NCBI GenBank assembly: GCA_013265495.1
Contig: MU058650.1
Span: 461,394 to 525,393, forward strand
Direction: 5' to 3'
Length of the DNA: 64,000 nt
Source: Vicugna vicugna
Taxonomy: Eukaryota
In this document: positions 1 to 13,440 of the stretch, piece after piece
Position numbering within the stretch: position 1 is the stretch's first letter
Layout of the letters: the number at the start of each line of letters is the position of its first letter
Program-made: the position numbers and the translations under genes
The notes under the pieces: model-generated
What the model was told of the DNA's origin: nothing
Databases searched by the model: none
Seen by the model: the letters and a program-made list of their open reading frames with translations, nothing else

Positions 1-920
1 CCATTCCACTTACCTTATTATGTTTAGAATATCTTGCGTCTACTACGGAAAATTCCATCTGCAGACAGTCGGAATTTCCATTAAGTATCTGAGAAGCAAG
101 CCTGGCACTCTCATCTAGGTCCCTGGAGCAGGCATTCCAGCATCTGCAGTGTGCACTGTACTGAAATGAGTACCCGTGACAATGTGTTACCCAGTTCCTT
201 TTTCTTCCCATTATTCTTGCTTCTAAACCACATACTGACAACAGTAGAAGTTAGAGCTCTGCCAGTTTCCCTACTTGCCAACTGAATTGTCTTTATGAGA
301 AAACCAACCATCACTTGGATGTTCTTTTCACAGAAATTGAACTGGGAAGACTAAATCTCATGGTGCTTTTTCACTGTTAAGAAACAGTGTTAGGAAAACA
401 AAGTCAATCTCCGAATAACTGGTGTGTTTCTCCTAAAATAGACTATTTTCTACCTAGAGAATTACCTCAATGAGCAACCTGTGTCTATCTATATGTCTAA
501 ACCTAGTAGTAAGTGAATTAATGTATTTATTTCTCTAACCTTGAGAATAAAGTTAGCCCCCTATTTAGAAGTAACTACATAAAATCAGCCACCACTACTC
601 ATATCCTACTCTCCTAACACCAACCAACCTCATCCTTTCCCTATGCCTTCCTCTAATGTAGGTCTCATTGTCTCATCCAAAGAGTTCACAGTTTTTGGAG
701 AATGCATGCTTTAAGAAGAGAAAGAAAGAAAATAAAAACCATGACAGAAGGGTGAAACTCTGGTTGCTGAAGTCAAGATGAGCAATGCCAATCAACCTGA
801 ATGGCATTGTGCCACAAAACTGCCTTTTCCTTTTATTGTCTATAACATTTAGCTCAATGTATTTCCTTGTCTACATCTTCAACAATTAGAGATTAGATTG
901 AAGAAAATTAGAAATATCTT

Positions 921-1255
921 CTTTTTTTATTGAAGTATAGTCAGTTTATAATTTGTATGTCAATATCGGGTGTACAGCATAATATTTCTGCCACACAAAC
1001 ATACACATATTTGTTTTCATATTATTTTTCCTTATAGGTTACTACAAGATACTGAATATAGTTCCCTGTGCTGTACAGTATAAACTTGTTGTTTATCTAT
1101 TTTATATTCAGTACTTAGTATCTGCAAATCTCGAACTCCCAATGTATGCCTTCCCACCCTCTTCGCCTACTTGGTAACAATAAGCTTGTTTTCTATATCT
1201 GTGAGTCTGTCTTTTTTTTAGATTCCACATATAACTGATATCATACGGTATTTTA
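921..1255 (-). mobile_element. 5'-truncated L1 3' end (lineage-specific subfamily)
   Basis: Poly-T then ttattgaagtatagtcagttt...tagttccctgtgctgtacag...agattccacatat; homologous to other copies at 2296, 27190 and 54712. Confidence 0.88.
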
Positions 1256-1504
1256 GATATCTCATCATAAAACACAAATAATTCTTGAAGGGTATGGCTA
1301 CCACTGACTCACATCTCAGATAAAAAATTATAAAATTAAATGGCTTTCCTTCTAAGATCTATCTGAATTCTATCATTTATGTTAAAGAAATGTATAATTT
1401 TATTTAGCAAGAAACAAAAAGTAGATTAAGGTGGTTTTAAATGAGAAGCAATCTGTAAAGTTGAAAAGATTTGGCAGAATACAATAGTCAAGGACTTAAG
1501 GTAC

Positions 1505-1895
1505 AGTAATAGTAACAATTATCACACAGCATGTTCTAAGCACAATTCCAAGTGAGTTATTCCATTTAATCTTCTTGGCAATCCTATGAAATAGGTGTCA
1601 TTATTACCTTTATTTTATACATGAGAAAATTGAGGCTAGGAGGATAAAGAAACTTGTCTGAGGACATATCAATAAGAGGTAGAGCCAAAATTTAAACTCA
1701 GGTCTATCTGGCCCAGAGGGTATATAGCTCAGTGGTAGAGTGCATGCTTAGCATGCATGATGTCCTGGGTTAAATCCCCAGTACCTCCACTAAAATAAAT
1801 AGACAAATAAACCTTATTTACTCCCCCCCAGAACAAAACAAAATAAAATCAGGTATATTTGAACTTAGAATCAGAGTTTTAAACCTCTAGGATGC
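1505..1895 (-). mobile_element. MIR SINE interrupted by a younger SINE
   Basis: MIR core antisense: attttatacatgagaaaattgaggct...aacttgtctgagg...agagccaaaatttaaactcagg; resumes after ~1845. Confidence 0.7.
1716..1845 (+). mobile_element. tRNA-Ala-derived SINE (camelid Vic-1-like)
   Basis: tagctcagtggtagagtgcatgcttagcatgc...gtcctgggttaaatccccagtacctcca, then AAAT-rich tail and C-run. Degenerate TSD aaactcaggtctatctg / aaaatcaggtatatttg. Confidence 0.88.
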
Positions 1896-2295
1896 CTGGC
1901 CACCTAAAGGCTAAAGATCACAGCACAAGGACTTGCAAGGTAGGTAAAGATGAAGTGCTGGTAAGTGGGACCATTCCTCAAACAAGCTTCATTGACATCA
2001 AACAACTAGAAAAATGATTATGCTGCCCCTACTCCCACACACATTTCTTGAGGTCAAAATTTCAGATGGGTACAATCCCAGGCTACCTTATGTAGCTGAC
2101 AGGCTTTTATAAAATAATCTAGGGATTTAATAATTTACCACGTCATCTGACTAAGCAACTGCTGTCTAAATTGCAAAGAACTGATTTAAAAATTATCTAT
2201 TGGAACAACAACTACTTAACAGTTGAGGATTCCCTGACCACATATTAGAAGAGAAAGATTATAAAATACTAAAAACCTGAATTTTTAAAAATATA

Positions 2296-4003
2296 TTTTT
2301 ATTGAAGTATAGTCAGTTTACAATATTGTGCCAATTTCTGGTGCGCAGCACAGTGCTTCAGTCATATAGGAACACACATATATTTGCTTTCATATTCTTT
2401 TTCACCATAAGTTACTACAAGATATTGAATACAATACACAGTATAAACTTGTTCCTTATCTGTTTTGTATATATTAGTTTGTATATGTAAATCTCAAACT
2501 CCAAATTTATCTGTTTCCACCTCCTTCCCTCCTTGGTAACCATGATTGTTTTCTGTTTGTGAGTCTGTTTCTGTTCATTTGTCTGTTTTGTTTTTTTAGA
2601 CTCCACATATGCATATGGTATTTTTCTTTCTCTTTCTGAGTTACTTCACTTAGAATGACATTCTCCAGGTCCATCCATGTTGCTGCAAATGGCGTTATTT
2701 TATTCTGTTCTATGGCTGAATAGAATTCCGTTGTATAAATATACTACAGCTTCTTTATCCAGTCATCTGTTGATGGACATTTAGGTTGTTTCTGTGTCTT
2801 GGCTATAGTAAACAGTGCTGCTGTGAACATTGGGGTGCAGGTGTCTTTTTGTATTAAGGTTTTCTCTGGATATATGTCCAGCAGTGGGATTGCTGGGTCA
2901 TATGGTGAGTCTATTTTTAGTCTTTTGAGGAATCTCCATACTGTTTTCCTTAATGGCTACACCAAACTACATTCCCAACAGTGCAGGAGGGTGCCACTTT
3001 TGCCATACCCTCTCCAGCATTTATCATTTGTGGATTTTGAATGACGGCCATTCTGACTGGTGTGAATTGACACCGCATTATAGTTTTGATTTGCATTTCT
3101 CTGATAATTAGAAACATGAGCATTTTTTCATGTGCCTATTGGGCATTTGTATGTCTTCATTGGAGAATTGCTTGTTTAGGTCTTCTGACCATTTTTGGAT
3201 TGGGATGTTTGGTTTTTTTCTTATTAAGTTATATGAATGAGCATTTATATATTCTGGAATTAAGCCCTTGTCAGTCTCATCTTTTGCAAATATTTTCTCC
3301 CATTCCGTAGGTTGTCTTTTCCTTTTGCTTATGGTTTCCTTTCCCATGCAAAAGCTTCTAAGTTTAATTAGGTCCCATTTGTTTACTTTTGCTTTTATTT
3401 CTATTGCTTGGGTAGACTTCCCTAGGAGAACATTGCTGAGATTTTGTCAGATAATGTTTTGCCTATGTTTTCTTCTAAGAGGTTGATAGTGTCTTGTCTT
3501 ACATTTAAGTCTTTAAGCCATTTTGAGTTTATTTTTGTGTATGGTGTGAGAGAGTGTTCTAACTTCACTGATTTACATGCAGCTGTCCAGTTTTCCCAGC
3601 ATCATTTGCGGAGGAGACTGTCTTGACTCCATTGTATGTTCTTGCCTCCTTTGTCAAAGATTAATTGAACAAAAGTTTATGGGTTTATTTCTGGGCTCTC
3701 TATTTTGTTTCATTGGTCCATATGTGTGTTTTTGTGCCAATACCATGCTGTTTTGATTACTGTAGCTCTGTAGTATTGTCTGAAGTCTGGGAAGGTTATT
3801 CCTCCAGCTTCATTCTTTTTCTTCAGTATTGCTTTGGCAATTCTGGGTCTTTTGTGATTCCATATAAATTTTAGGATTATTTGTTCTAGTTCTGTGAAAA
3901 ATGTCCTGGATAATTTGATAGGGATTGCATTAAATCTCTAGATTGTCTTGGGCAGTATGGTCATTTTAATAATATTGATTCTTCCTATCCAAGAGCATGG
4001 GAT
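2296..4003 (-). mobile_element. 5'-truncated L1 (ORF2 C-terminal region plus 3' UTR), decayed
   Basis: ORF2-like peptide KETISKRKRQPTEWEKIFA...NRHMKKCS (3108-3347) and an L1 3' UTR ending in poly-T on the plus strand. Confidence 0.93.
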
Positions 4004-4728
4004 GGAAGATACAGAGATTTTCTACATATCTCCAGCCCCACATATGCACAGCATCCCTCATTATTAACATCCCCCACCAAAGGTACATTTGTTATAACTG
4101 ATGGACCTACACTGACACGTCAAAATGACCTGAAGTCCATAGTTTACCTTACCATTCACTTTTGGTGTTGCATATGCTATAGGTTTTGACAAATGCATAA
4201 TACATGTATTCACCATTATAGTATTATACAGAGTGGTTTCGCTGCCTTAAAATTTTCTGTGCTCTACCTAGTCATCACTCCCTCTTCCATTAGTGTCTCC
4301 ATAATTGTGACTTTTCCAGAATATCATACAGTTGGAATCCTTCAGTATGCAATCTTTTCAGATAAGCTTCTTTCACTTAGTAATATGCCTTTAAGGTTTC
4401 ACCATATCTTGTCATGACTTGATAGCTCATCTCTTTTTAGTGCTGAATAATAGTTCATTGTCTGGATGCACGTCAGCTTATTTATCCATTCACCTGTTGA
4501 TGAATATATTGGTTGCTTCTACACTTTACCAATTATGAATGATGTTGGTTTAAAAATTTATGTGCAGCCTTTTGTGTGAACCTGTTTTCAGCTCCTTTGG
4601 ATAAATATGAAGTAGCGTGATTGTTGGATCAATGGTGTGTAAGATTATGTTTACTTTTTGTAAGAAATCACCAAAGTGTCTTCCAAAGACTGTACCATTT
4701 TGCATTCCCAGCAGCAATAAATGAGATT
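4004..4728 (-). mobile_element. Ancient L1MC1/2-like 3' fragment
   Basis: Motifs aacatcccccacca..ggtacatttgttataactgatggacctacactgacac and ctgtaccattttgcattcccagcagcaa; homologous to 46283-46710. Confidence 0.8.
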
Positions 4729-6348
4729 AGAATTTTTTAATAAAACTTCTGAGTTATCTATTGTCATCTAAATAGCAAAGGAGACAATAAAATTGCCAAG
4801 GGCAGGGAATATGCCAGAAAATGACAAAGGGCTTTCTGTGAAGCGTATTACATCTCTTCTAAATTACCATCAAACTCTAGCAGGGTGACAATCAGGTAAA
4901 ATTGTAATTTCTTGCAGTCCTTCTTGTAAGGATATTCACAGATAACAGTATAAAGATGGCATAGCTAATGTGGAATGTTATCTTAGGGGAAAACAAGCAT
5001 TTTTCTAATCCAGCTTCTAAGCTCTTCTTTACATGACAAACTGTGGTTAATCAATGGAATCTGAAGTAACCAGAATTATTTTCTTCTTCACTAGATAGAA
5101 AACCATCAAGGTACTCACAGCTATCATAGTTTAACCTAAGAGTCTGTCTAAGCAACCAAACTTGGTTGATAGTGAACACAAAGCAAGGACTACATTTAGA
5201 AAACAAAACAAAATATTCTCTACTTGATCTACACCATCCTCAGAGCAAAGCAGAAGTCGGTTTTTCACAATGCAGAGAGGAACTCTGCAAGACTTTACCT
5301 GCATCTCATCCAAAATGAAGATGAGTAACATCCTAAAAGTGTTTCTCACAAAAAGTTTTCACTGCTTCCCTCACTTCCAATGACAATGGTAGTGTTTAAA
5401 TTCCTGTAATGTTGCCTCAATATTCCATCATGTTGACTAAATAAATGTTTAAAATGTGTAATCACTGATTATTTTGTTAGTAAACATCTCTATCCCAGTA
5501 ACTCAGTTTTCCTAAACTCCTTTGAGGAAGTTTGTCATAATTACTGTTTAAGAAACACTTTTAAAAATCAATTCCAGAATGTTTCAAGATCTTACAAAAA
5601 TTAATTTTGATTTGAAGGATTTTTTAGTTGTTTTATAATGTATTACAAATATCTACTCATATATTGACTTAATACGTTTCAAGCACTGAATTAAGTGTTA
5701 AAGAAAACTGAATAAAGATAAAATTTCTTTTCTATACTTATCACCAAGCCCATGATTTATATAAGTTCAAAATTACTACAGATTTAATCTATTCAGTCTG
5801 AGAATGAAGTCTCAAATATAGATATGAGAAAACATCAGATTGCTATGACATATCCCCTTGAACAAAAAAAAAATGTATGATGCCCATTGATACTGAAAAT
5901 AAACTCAATTGTCTAATTTTCTAGGTGGCTGGCTCCTGAAATGGCCCCTACTCTAAAAAAATAAAACATGTTAAGATGTGTGAGCAACACTATTTTGGAT
6001 TTCAGAAGCCTAGTTTACTAAGTGTGTCAGGTGACCTAACTGAAATAGACAGTGAAATAATTTCATACCCTGAATGTCAGACAAGACAGGAAATGATACA
6101 TAAAGACTAACCATGATATAACACATTGAGATGCCTAGAAAAAGAGCTGCCGTTACTTCAAAAAGTAGTTCATTAGGAGTCAGAAAACATGGAAAGATAT
6201 AACCAATGGCCCATTCACTTTCTTCAATGGCTAAACACCCTATAAGAAAAACAGACTGTTACAAAATGATTTCTAATGGTAAGCTGGCTCATAACTCTAG
6301 CTGCCAGAGCATTAATTAATATGGCAATCACTCTGATGTCGGACGCAG

Positions 6349-6727
6349 TGCCTCAGTCAGCTCAAGCAGCTGTAACAAAATGCCGCAGACTGAGGGGGTT
6401 AACAACAGAAATTTATTTTCTTATCGTTCTGGAAGCCATGATCTGAAGTTCAAGATCAGGGCGCCACCACAGTCAGATGTTGGTGAAGGCTCTCTTTATG
6501 TCTTATGGACAGCTGCATACTTGCTGTGTTCTCACATGGTGGAGAGAGAACCCTGGTGTCTGGCGTCTGGTTCTTGTACGGGTTGCACTAATTCCGTAAC
6601 TCTAAACTCTATTCTTATTACTTCATGTAACTTTATTCACCTCCCTAAAGACCCTATCTCTAATACATGACGGGTTAGGTCTTCAATATATGAATTTGGG
6701 GGATGGGACATAATTCAGTCCATAGCA
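6349..6727 (-). mobile_element. MLT1A-like MaLR solo LTR
   Basis: Reverse complement begins tgctatggactgaattatgtccc...caaattcatatattgaag and contains aataaatttctgttgtt, typical of MLT1A. Confidence 0.85.
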
Positions 6728-7189
6728 CTTAGAGAACTGAGGTCAAGGACACATCACTGGCAAAATAAAGTTCCAGTGAGCCAAGACCCATTTGCCTGGG
6801 ACTGCTCTAGCTACAGCTAAGACATAGCAATGGTCATCTCTATGCAAATAGTCTACCCACACAATTTCAAGAAGGTAAAAACTGAGTTTTAAATCCTTCT
6901 CACAGACTGCTATAATTGAAAATTACACCACACAATAATAAGGGGACATTTACAAGCATTATAACATAAACCGATGTGTTAGTATTATAACAACCACCTT
7001 AGTTCATTTACTATAGTCTGCACCCGAAATGCAATAAAAATAATTCAAGCATGCATACTAAAAGCATCATCAAAGAGACATTAAGACATTAAGCAAATGA
7101 CACTAGGGCTCCCTTGTTAAAAATCTCAGGAGAGGAAGAATATGCTATTAAGTATATTCTGTATCATTTAGACCTTTCTTTACAAGGCA

Positions 7190-7625
7190 TGCACTCAACA
7201 TAGTAAAGAGCTCAATTTTTTCTCAAATTAATCTAAAAGTTCAGTGTAACTCTAACCAAAATTCAAGTTAAATAATTTAAAGAATGCAACAAACTCACAC
7301 TCAAACTTACATGGAATAACAGAGATCCACAAATAACTATTTTATTTAAACAGATATAAGATATAAATAGCACAATCATGTTCATGTAACTGTGAAAAAC
7401 ACACAAAATGCTACACATTTTACAAGGATACATCCATACGGATAACAGAAAATCAACCATGGAATGTGGAATAGGGGAGTGCGAGCCAGTGATAAAGAAC
7501 CAAATGAAGAAAGAATGAAAAGCAGGTCCTAGCACAGAGTGATGATGATGAAGTGTTAGAAACAGAAGATGCAAGGAATCTCATCAACTCAATCCTCCCG
7601 CTTAGAGCAACTTTAAAAATAAAAG
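7190..7625 (+). mobile_element. Highly diverged L1ME/HAL1-like fragments
   Basis: ttctcaaattaatctaaaagttcagtgtaactctaaccaaaattc (ORF2-like), followed by a 3'-UTR-like segment. Confidence 0.45.
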
Positions 7626-8164
7626 AGTGAATACAATCAGTTTCTCTCTCTTTTTTTTTTGATAAACTAAGAGAACACTTTTAACAGCATTATTTATTTA
7701 CCCCCAGCCTATAAATCAGTTCATTATGCACTAAGACAACCAGTGCTGTACCAGAAGTCCTTCGGCAATTACTCTACATCTAAAGAAAACAAAAACAAAA
7801 GTTTAAAAATCAGGCTTAGGTGAGAGCTACCCTAAAAATACACCAGTGAAAAAAATATGTGGTTATATGTTCAAACTAAAGGGCTAGAGGATAAAGAAGT
7901 ATTTTTTGTAATTGTTATATTTACTACATTGCAAAAATCACTACCAGATAAAGGAAGAAAATTGGGGCAGGGAAACAAGGAACAATCTCAGCTCTATTTT
8001 GAATGTGTAACTATTAGCTAGGAATAGTAGAGAAAGAGTCAGAAAGGGACGGGGGACAGGTTCCTAATTACATGGCAGAAAAGCTTACAGTCATCAAATA
8101 GCACAACCTTTATTATATGGGAAGTACTAAAGCTACATGGTAAATTTCATGCAGTATTGTTTTC

Positions 8165-8880
8165 AATAAAACTTTATTTTGAGATGACTGTAGGTTAATA
8201 TTCAGCTGTAAAAAGTAAGAGAGATCTCATATGCCTTTTACCCAGTTTCCCCAATGATAACATCTTGCAAAACTGGAGTACAGTATCACAAACTGAATAC
8301 TGACGTTGATACAGTCCACCATCGATCTTGTTCTGATTTCCCCCAACTTGTGTTCAATTACGTGTGTATTTTCTTCTATGCAATTTTATCACATGTGTAG
8401 ATTTGTGCATCCACCACCAGCCAAGATGCAGAATCGTTCCATCCTCACAAGGATTCCTTGTGTTGTCCCTTTACAACCCCTGCTTGCCCCTCCCTTATCC
8501 TTAACCCAAGACAACTACTAACCTAGTCTTAATGTTTTTCTCCTTTCAAAAATTTACATAAGTGGAATTATGCAGCCTTTTATCTTTTGGGGTTGCCTTT
8601 TTTTTCACTCAGCATAATTCTCTGGAGATTCATCCAAGCTTTACATCTATCAATAGTGCCGTCCTTTTCATTGCTGAGTAATATTCCAAGATATGTACAA
8701 ACCACAGGTGGTTTAACCTTTTGCCCATTAAAGGACACCTAGCTTGTTTCCAGTTTGGGGCTAGTATGAATAAAGTTCTTATGACAATTCCCGCATAGAT
8801 TTTTATATGAGGATAAGTCCTTGTTTCTCTGAGATAATATTCAAGAGTGCAAATGCTGGGTCATCAGTTAACTGTATGAA
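8165..8880 (-). mobile_element. Ancient L1MC-family 3' fragment
   Basis: cccagtttccccaatgataacatcttgcaaaac...ttcactcagcataattctctggagattcatccaag...gtttccagtttggggcta. Confidence 0.8.
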
Positions 8881-8893
8881 TCATGCAGGAGCA

Positions 8894-9025
8894 TTTTTTG
8901 GGGGGAGGGAGGTAATTAGGTTTATTTATTTATTTATTTATTCTCAGAGGAGGTACTGGGTATTGAACCCAGGACCTTGTACATGCTAAGCATGTGCTCT
9001 ACCACTTGAGCTATACCCTCCCCCC
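8894..9025 (-). mobile_element. tRNA-Ala-derived SINE (Vic-1-like)
   Basis: Reverse complement ggggagggtatagctcaagtggtagagcacatgcttagcatgtacaaggtcctgggttcaatacccagtacctcc, then (aaat)n aacctaattacctccc. Confidence 0.9.
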
Positions 9026-12000
9026 ATATTTTTGATATTGGGAAGGTAAATTGGTGAAAGTTTTTTGAAAATAACATTAACAATATGTATTAAGAACCTT
9101 AAATATATCCATAGCCTTGAGTCACCAAATTGATTAAGGTAATAATTAGAAAAGTAGGCATGAATTTGTGTATAAAAAATATTCACCAAAAACATATTTA
9201 TAATAAAAATTAAATAAAATGTTTACCCAGAGCTAACCTCAATATATACACTAAAGTATTAAAAATGTTCTAAGTTCTTGCAATGCCCAATTCTACTGAA
9301 GGCTGCTAGAAGACTAAGCCCAAAGTAGAAACAAATTCTTGACTATCTGGGAAAATGAGGAATATGTGCTATCTGAGAACCACACATCATGTTAAACCCT
9401 ATTTTAACTACTTTGTTTAAATTCTTTCTCCAAACACCAGTCATAAAATTAACTATTTTGTATTGTAAATGCAGTAACTTTGACTTCTTTCTCTTGCTCT
9501 TCTGAGAAGACACCGATTAGCAACAAAATAAACAATAAACAGAAGCAGCAGAAATTTAAGCATGGGATTTAGATAATCCTTATATTTGATAATCACCCCT
9601 TGAACGCCCAAATGTTGGTTCTGCACGTAAATTACAATTTGAAAATTCCAAGGGCTATAAAGCCTAAGGGTTTCATAAAATGATACCAAGTTGTGTGCAC
9701 AGAATCTAATATTTTTGTTTACCATCAAGAAGAGAAGACCTTGTTTTTTTGGCACAAATATGAACTAAACTTCAAAAATGTTTTTATATGTTCATTTTAA
9801 AGCAAACTATTAAAAGCCATGCATAATTAAATACATAGAATTAGCTTGAGAATTTAGGGATTTCTAAAATAATATTTTAAGTTACACTATATAATCTTTT
9901 AGATTTTATTTTGGATGATGAAATAACCAAACATTCTAATATTCCTAGTACGTCAGTTAATCATTTGCATCGAACTGGTTGCTCTTAATCCATATAGAGT
10001 ATTTAAAATGGCTGACATGTCTGTTGTTAGGAATTAGTCAAAACAGAAATCCAAGACTGTAGGAAGTTTGTATTCCACAGCCTTGGGCCTACTCTTGTTT
10101 CTTTACTGCTGCAGCAAACTAGCCACTGAAAAAAATAAAAATGAATACAGGTTTTATTTTGTAAGTTACCTGGACACTTTATATATACCCTATAGCTCAC
10201 ATTAACAGGTTCTTATTAATTCATAAATTCCACATCAACTCTCATCTTTTTCCTTAATCAGCTCTCAAGGCAAAGCCACTCAAAAACACTAAGATTTAAT
10301 TTTCACAGAAACCGCTCTCATCACAGCTTGGAATACTGTCCTCCACTTAAAAAAAATATTTTAAAATACTTGTTGGGCTATACACTGGCTCATGAATTTC
10401 CCCACCACGTTGAAAACACGTCTGTGGAGAGAAGGTCAACATTCCATTTAAACCCAGATCTTTCCCTCTGACCCAGATATTCCCTGTGTTTAAAGAATAT
10501 TCTCTTTCGAACCACATACATAGCTATGAAGGACAGAGAACGGTGTTAAGTCTCTATTCTAGGGTATTTTTCCACCTACACACACTCATGGACTAAATTT
10601 TCCTGTTCAATTTGAAATAACTGCAAATAGCTGAAATCCGATTCTGTGATTCTCTCTACTCAATCATAATGAAGGCTCGGGAAGTACGTTAGTAAAACCT
10701 TGTCAGTGGCATACATGAAATGATTTCTCTAGACCCTCACAGCACTTAGGTACTAAAGTAATGTAGATGAAATATCAACCTATGAAGAGAAAAAGCACAC
10801 ATTATACAAAAAGAAAATCATTAATTCTGCTCTTTGATGATAACTGTTGTTTCTGTTTGACTACAGTTATACCCACACAGCATACAGCTGAGCAGTTGTT
10901 CACATCAACTAGGATTTTGATCCGCTTGCTTCCAAACAACCTACCCTGACTCCTACCACTGAATTACTCATAAAGATAAAATATTTTTGCATCATAAAGA
11001 CATAATCTATTTGCATTCAGCAAACACACTCTAGAAATGTTTGCCAAACCTAGGGAACCATGTTGGCTTTCGATAGCATTCTACACACAGTTACAAATGT
11101 AAACTGACTTTCTGCTTATGTCATGGGATAGGTTTTTAATAGAAATATATTTAAAAGCTCTCAAATATCTCAGTGCAATTTGTCTGATCTGTAAAACACA
11201 CACACAAAGTATAGTTTTTCAAAATACAAATCCAGTAGACAAGTGAAGCTAGACAGGTATAAACTTAACGTGCTATGCAAATTTATTACAGGCATGACTT
11301 GCTCCCTCTCTTTTAATTATTTAAATTAAAATAATGAAGCTTATTCCACTAAATTATTCCTAAATTCCAACTTCCTGAAGGGGAAAATACCCTATACTTG
11401 AGGGGGAAATATTCCTTAGTGACAACATAGAAAGAATACTAAAGCTGATTCAGTATGGCCCATCACACATAACTGGAGTAAAGACCAAAAGAGCACCAAT
11501 GTTTGTCAAATAGTTGATTTGCATCAGATAAAGATATAGAGCAAAAATCTATTAGTAGGGAAGACAGGAGAGTAAAACAAGAAATTACGGTGTAGTAAGT
11601 ACAATTCACCAAATGCTATGGAAGCAGAGATCAGGGGCTCTTCATTTACCCTGAGGGCACCAGGGCTACACAGGTTTCTTCCAGAGACATGCCCGTGAAC
11701 TTATTAAATCCCATCACCTTGTTATCTAATCCCACTAAATATCCAACCACAGCTCTATTATGATTCACATAATTAATGAGAAAAAGACTACATAAAATTT
11801 TTACAGAGATACACAAAGTTCAGCTGCAGAATTATTCTGGTGCCATCAGCAAATGGAGATGACAGCCAAATGGGCTCACATTTAGTTGCTTTATCATGTA
11901 GTAAACGTTCTTCAGTTAGCATGTCATTTCTTCGTTAATTTTGAGATATTTTAAGAATATTACTAGCCATGCCATGTCCAGTAAGTATAAATACAGCGAC

Positions 12001-12161
12001 AATATTAAAAGTGCTAATAAAAAGAGAAATAAGCACAAGAGCAATTAAAGAAAGATAATACATTTTAAAAATTGGAAAATCTAAGAAAACTAAGAATGTT
12101 GTGCAGATGTTTGGAAGTTTGCAACAGTAAAAAGAATTCTGAAGGACAGAGTAGGTCACAA

Positions 12162-12788
12162 TGCAACCAAGCAGGACCCTACAGGGGCTTCCGGGGACAG
12201 AACCCTTTCCGTCTTCCCCACCATCATGTTCTCCACCTGCCTCTTGTCTGTAGGAAAACTTTAGCCTCCAAGGCCTTCCGCAAGTTCCAAAGAACAAATT
12301 TAGCCAAAGTGAGAAAATGCAGAAACAATGAAAAACATTCAAGCAAGACAAAATAATAATAGTTAATCATTAAACAAAGTCAAGGACCTTTAGTTCCCCC
12401 TTAAGGGCCAAAGATAATAGTTGAGCCATATCCTTGAGCTATTTTGCAGATACTGAAATCCTCACCAGATGGAAGAAGCTAACTACATGTTCATCACCAC
12501 CATCACGAGACCCCAGACCAGCTGGAACCAGAGGGTGGATGATGCTGACTCATCACAACCAGTCAGAAGAAGGTCCATGAGCTGATCACGCACCCTGCGA
12601 CCCTCTCTCTTACCCTGTTTTTAAAGCCCTTTCCCTGAAATCTATCAGGGAGTCTGAGCCTTTTGAGCATTAGCCGCCTGTACTCCCAGCTTGGTACCTG
12701 GCAATAAACGCTGCACTTTCCTTCATTACCATCTAGTGTCAATACATTGGTTTTACTGGCCAGTGGACAAAAGTTTGGTTGAGTAACC
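12162..12788 (+). mobile_element. ERV1-class solo LTR
   Basis: Starts TG, has AATAAA at ~12703, ends ...ggttgagtaacc (terminal CA degenerate). Flanked by 4-bp direct repeat ACAA (12158-12161, 12789-12792). No PBS or internal sequence. Confidence 0.82.
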
Positions 12789-12794
12789 ACAAGA

Positions 12795-13440
12795 GGACTT
12801 TCAGTTTCAGCACTGAATGTAAAGAGCTTGGAAGTTGTCACTCCGTCCTCCAAAAAAAAAATTCCTGAACAAATTGAAAATCAACAATTTATCTTAGATC
12901 AAATAATGCAAACAAGAGGCGCAGGGGTGAAATATTTGGTGTTGAGGTATAAAAAAAAGTCAACCTAGAATTCTATTTAATGCAATCCATCAAAAGTAAA
13001 GAAGAAATGAAAACTTTCTCAAACAAAAAATGAGAGAATTCACTGCCAGCAAACCTGCCCTGCAGGGAAATGTTAAAAGAAGTTCTTCAGGGAGAAGGAA
13101 AATGAAACTTGTATCTATATGAAGAAAGAGCAATGGAAAAAGAATAAATAAAGCTAAAACAAAGTCTTCTCTTTTTCTTATCCTTAACTGACCTGCTACA
13201 TAACTTTGTCCAAAGTAATAGCAGTAATAACGTATTGTGTGATCACAGCATGTGGATAAGTGAGATGAATGACAGCAATGTACGACGACTAGGGAGAAGA
13301 GTATTGAGCGTACTCTGCTATAATTTTATGTATATTTATAGACTATCCATATATATTATAATATTATATACTAGTCATGAAGCAGAGTAGTGTCATTTGA
13401 AAGTGGACTTGAATTAGTTTCTTTAAAACAAGAAAAAAAC
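12795..13440 (+). mobile_element. Ancient L1M 5' UTR, ORF1 end and inter-ORF fragments
   Basis: atgtaaagagcttggaagttgtcactcc (L1M 5'-end motif); caacctagaattcta...gagagaattcactgccagcaaacctgccctgca...aaatgttaaaagaagttcttcagg (ORF1 C-terminus). Confidence 0.75.

Noticed and set aside
1716..1790. tRNA-Ala(AGC) gene look-alike (also at ~8950-9025, 42570-42645, 51980-52055)
   Set aside because: Each has the SINE tail, most have a TSD, and all carry stem or box mutations; these are SINEs, not tRNA genes.
11935..12853. ORFs of 138, 94 and 96 aa
   Set aside because: They straddle a solo LTR and its flanks, with no gag/pol/env similarity.
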